From positions 48,339,847 through 48,403,846 of the forward strand of contig CP154954.1 in NCBI GenBank assembly GCA_039621445.1: a stretch of 64,000 bases of DNA, in the 5' to 3' direction. Positions 49,601 through 64,000 of this stretch are shown here, piece after piece. Below the pieces are notes generated by a model. The model was given only the letters and a program-made list of their open reading frames with translations, ran no database searches and was not told where the DNA came from. Each line of letters starts with the position of its first letter. The first letter of the stretch is position 1. The DNA is from Euglena gracilis. Taxonomy: Eukaryota. Position numbers and translations under genes: made by a program.

Positions 49601-52457
49601 CGCCAGGCGGGGGCAGCCCGCCAGGAGGGGGCCGAGCAGCGCGGCGTCCAGCGGCACCTCGCAGCCCCCGCCGCTCGGCGCCGGGTCCGGCCGGTCCGTC
49701 TTCCACAGCCGCTCGGGGGCGGGGCGTCCCGGGGTCCGCCGTCCTCCCATGACACGCAGGAGGGCAGGGGGGGGGGGCTGATCGCACCCGACACATCAAA
49801 TCTCCAGCAGCAGCAAACAGAGGGGTCTCTAAAGGCCCCGTACAACCCCGTTAACCGTGGTTTTTGATGAGGCGGCCTTTCGCATAAACGACACAAACTT
49901 TCCCCAAGAGTAAACTAACAGGGGGAAAAGGACTGTTTGGGGGTGGTGGTGGAGAGTGCCAAGGGGGGACGTGCTTTTGGGGGGGTCTGTTTTTGGACTC
50001 TGGAAATTTGCAGCCAAAAAAAGTTAGCAGCATTCTTCCCTATCATTTGAAAAAAGGCAATATTTGACCGTGTAAAATATGTATAAAAAAAGCAAAAAAA
50101 AAACGATCACGTTTGGGGCAAATACACGTCAATTTTCCCCAAAAAAAATCCCAATGGGGATTTAAATAACTTCAGCAATTTTGATTTGATTTGGGACACC
50201 ACAGCCCATTTGGACGAACGAAGACGCCAAACGTCAGCCAGGTGCTGTGGAGGAGAGCTCCGGGCGAGGTGCTGGCAGTACTTCACCACCTCACGAAGGA
50301 CGCTGTAGTGCAGGGACCCCGTGAACTCGATGACCCGCAGGCCGGGGGACTTCAACAGCAGCAGCCCCAGCACGCCGGCCTGCTTCTCCTCCCAGCGGTC
50401 CCCGGCGATGGACCCCGCCAGCGGGGGGCGGAGCGAGCACAGGGGAAAGTGGCGGGTCCGCACACGAGTCAAACGGTGTGCGAATGCGGGGGTGGGCGGC
50501 AAATGCGCACACCCCGACTCATCCCCAGGACTGGCTTCATTTGGCTTGGGCACCAACCCCCACCCTCGTTAAACTGCGACCAGACAGGTCGGCAAGTGGC
50601 TCCGACACTTTCCTGGGCGGGGGGACCCCCCGTTCGCCAGGGACGCCGGGTTCCCCGAGAATGGGGGTGCCCTGGAACAGAGTGCGGGGTGGTGGCCTGG
50701 CCCCCCCGCTGGCCAGCTTCGTCACCGCCATCACCTGCTGGGCGAGGCCGACGAGGAACACCATCGTGCGGGGCGTGGGCGACCGGAACCGCAGGTCGGT
50801 GGGAGGTGGGCCCCGTTTGGGCTCCGGGGGGCATCCCTACCTCCCCCTCCCCCATCCAGAACACTGACTCCTGACAGCAGATACTGCGTTCCTCGCCCCA
50901 TTGCCCCATACCGCGCGTGTTGTCAATTGTCATGGAAGATCATTGGTTTTTTTGACTTTGGTTGGCCGTCCCTGACAGCTCCCTGGGCATGCCCCAGGGG
51001 AGGGGTTTTTGGTTTTGTGGCCAAACCTGGGAAACTGTCCGCGCCGTCCGACCTGCCACGGTTTCCAAAAACCATTCACTCACCTTTTCCGGAAAACCAG
51101 CCAGTCGCTAGCCCCCGGAGGTGTACACTCTGGAATCCAAGGGGAAATTGACGACAGGTTTAAAGAAACTGGCCGAGAAAAAATTCCAAAGGCGGGCCAT
51201 TTTGGTGGTTTATCCAACCCCTGCACCCACAGGGCGGGGGTGGGTTACCATATTTGGGGATTGCTTATATTTGGGTGTGGGGTGGGCAAAAAATCGGCCA
51301 AAAGGCTGCCTGCATTTGTGGATAGCTTGTTTTAAAGGTTACTTATATATGCGGGGGGGGGGGTGTTGCACACCAATTTGGCCTGTTCCCCTTTAATGTT
51401 GGCACGCCATATGCCACTCCAAACAACCAGTGAGTTACCCCCTCCCCCCCGGGGGGGGAGGTCAGCCAGAGACTAAGTGATTGGCTTAGTGTTACGGTCG
51501 GGGAGTGGGGGCGCCTCGGCAAGGGCAGCGGTGCAGTGGAGGAGGCGGTGCGTCGCTCGGCGCCACTCGGAGGACAGGAGGCACAGCACCTGCACAAAAG
51601 GCAGCCCCAAGTACCTGAACCATGGATTCACTGAAGGAGCTCCATGGGGGGAGGGCAATTCCCCCTGGGCCAAAACCTACCCACCCACTTGTGTGAAACA
51701 CACCCACGACGACCCCCCCCCACGCCACCCATCCAGAAACCCACCCAGAATTAGCTGAACCCCTCAAAAAAAACTGGAGATCCATTGCGAACCCCCCCAG
51801 GGTCCAACACCGCCACTGCGCCAACCCACCCACCTGCCCGCCCACCCACTTTCGAAAAACCCCCAGGGGAGGGGCCACACCCGCAGTCAATGAATCCATA
51901 CCCTGAACACCAGCTCCAGCAAGAAGTCTGGCGGAACAGGCCGCGGCACGGGGGAAAGGTTTCCGAGAAAGGGTGGGCGAGCACAAAGGCCCACATGTGA
52001 CTGCAGGTGTCATGAGCATGGCGGGGCAGGGGATGGGCAACCCAGATGACTGGAACAAAGGGGAAGAATGAAGTGTCTCTCAAAGGGACCCCCAGAGTTT
52101 TGCAAGGCACAGTTTTTGCCGGGGCGGCCCCATGCGTGAAAAACAAAAAAAACCGTAATATTTTCTGAACATTTTTGGGGGGCATTTGGACTTGCCAAGG
52201 GTGCAGTCCTTTAGAGTTTTAGGTGGAAAGCAAGACCTTGCACAACACAGCACAGCCTGCGGAGCTGCGAACACAACACAGAGGACTGTCCTGTGCTCTC
52301 CCCCCAAACACACACACACACACACACACACAATCCCTTTGAAGGCAGCCACCAAGGACAGAGGCCAGGGCAGAGGCTGGGGCCCGGGCGGGGGGTCGAG
52401 GCTGCAGTGGGGCGAAGCGGTGGCCTCGCGCCGCGCCGCCTTGCGATGCGGCTTCAT
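44200..52457 (-). CDS. F-box / leucine-rich-repeat protein (FBXL-like)
   Basis: F-box-like PDFLLELVFR-YLGLPFVQVLCLLSSEWRRAT followed by LRR-type units: SPGLRVIEF, CQHLERLW, CPRLAELRL, ALRVLHI, FPQLRELCV, SPQLERLEI, VPRLQCLRL, LPSLESISI, CFGLRRLEL, YPSLEWLHL, LPTLQQLDL. All resolved junctions are nonconventional. First junction and 3' end unresolved. Confidence 0.82.
45253..45408. repeat. (CACAC)n microsatellite
   Basis: Directly visible. Confidence 0.95.
47105..47361. mobile_element. 257-bp hAT-like MITE nested in nonconventional intron 46846-47744
   Basis: Ends CAAGGGCTTTTTTAAG / CTTAAAA..AACCCTG; TSD GTTCCGAC / GTTCCAAC; same family as 61231-61513. Confidence 0.82.
48236..48632. mobile_element. 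TA-flanked MITE, copy 3, nested in nonconventional intron 47926-48740
   Basis: TA|CCCTCCCCCCCCTATGTCCAATGACC ... GGTCGTTGGACATAGGGGGGGGG|TA. Confidence 0.85.
51621..51900. mobile_element. 280-bp CATGG-family MITE forming nonconventional intron 51616-51903 inside the F-box motif
   Basis: TIRs CATGGATTCACTGA / TCAATGAATCCATA; TSD ACCTGAAC / CCCTGAAC (7 of 8). N3/N5 removal gives VFR-YLG, whereas the nearby GT/AG pair is out of frame. Confidence 0.85.
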
Positions 52458-53370
52458 CGGCGCACGGCGCCGCACCCCGCTGGGCAGCGGGGCGGCCCCA
52501 GGCAGGGAGGGGAGTCACCTGGAACGGCCGGCCGGAGAATGCAAAAAAAAGTAAAATGTATATAAACAAATATATAATAAAATATATAAATATACATATA
52601 TATACAGATACAAATATACAATACCGCAGGGACAGGCGGAGTTGCGATACGGGGGTCGACACGTGCTCATCGCCCGCTATTGCGTCAACAACACCAGAGT
52701 CGGTGCAATGGCTGACTCTGGTCATTGTACAGACTCTGTGCAATGACCGGAGTATGACACAGAGTGCTGCACAATACTCCGGTCACATTGCACATCGGTC
52801 AAAAAAAGATTCCAAAAAACGCTGCCTCTGCCGGTGCTACTGAACAAAAAGAGTCTCCTGGTCTTGGGAATGTGAGGCCCCAAAATTGTCGCAGCCCATT
52901 GGCCGATGGGTCCTTGTCCAGACGAAGTGCTTCTGTCCTGGGGGGTGGTTTGAAACCGCCATTTCCCATCGGCAATTTCACATTCCCGCAGGACCAATGT
53001 GTAATAACCCCAAAGAATTTTATTTTTCGCCATTTTTGACCCTTTTTTAGAAAATTTCTCAATGCTTTGCATCCAACATTTTTTTCGGTCCAAAGCCGGG
53101 CTGGACCGAACTACATTTCAGGAAACCATGAGGGGGAGGGGGGGCAGGGTCTGCAGCCTGGTTGAGAGGTGCTGGCTGGAAAAAATGTGCTGACTGCCCC
53201 CCCCCCCCTGACCTGGGGGTAAGGTCCCCTCCGGCTTAAGAAAACCCTGCCCACAAAAGCAGACAAACAAAAGAGAGAAAATACTAAAATGTAAGGGAGC
53301 TGTTACCAAAAGCGAATCACCCATCAGCATTCAGTAGGACTGCTGGTAGTAGTAGTAGTAGTGGTAGTGT

Positions 53371-53414
<44 letters not shown>

Positions 53415-53734
53415 CAGGTTTGCCTTGCATCCCAGCAAATTGGGAAATGAAGACCAGAACCAGAGTGCACAAAACGGCAATGAAGAACAAAACTTACACT
53501 TGAAACCTGCCTAACATGGGCCCAATTTTCTACGGTGGCTGCAAGGGGATGCAGCTACGATCTTATTATGTACATTGGTGCAGTGTGGCAATCGGCGAGA
53601 GTACTGCAGGGTGGTGAGAGTGGCGAGAGCAGGGTGGCCCCACCTGGGGGGGGGGGGGGAGGGGGGGGGGGGAAGTGCGGCCAACAGTTAGCGCACCAAG
53701 GCAGGAAGTCTAGTCAGCCGCCGGGCGACTGGGG

Positions 53735-64000
<10,266 letters not shown>

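Overview
Eukaryotic, intron-rich genomic DNA, most likely from a euglenid (Euglena-like; inferred from its non-GT-AG, stem-closed introns). GC-rich exons sit in a matrix of MITE-like repeats and microsatellites, and every gene I could reconstruct is on the minus strand. These are a signal-peptide, ricin-B-like, transmembrane protein (to 4486), a WD40 protein (14211-20261), a divergent PKA-regulatory-subunit-like protein with two cNMP domains (29231-42129), an F-box/LRR protein (about 44200-52457), a coiled-coil protein (53735 to the window end) and two poorly resolved candidates. Main finding: many unrelated non-autonomous DNA transposons here have CAG...CTG (or CAT...ATG) terminal inverted repeats (TIRs) and 8-bp target-site duplications (TSDs), the hAT signature. 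Where they sit in exons they coincide with nonconventional introns. The euglenid splice geometry (3 free nt before the stem, 5 after) equals one 8-bp TSD, so splicing would restore the pre-insertion frame. The window shows a series from fresh insertions to old introns that keep only a short stem, pointing to an intron-generating transposon system. Elements with 2-, 5-, 7- or 9-bp TSDs were never found in a confidently called exon. All gene models were built by hand without transcript data.
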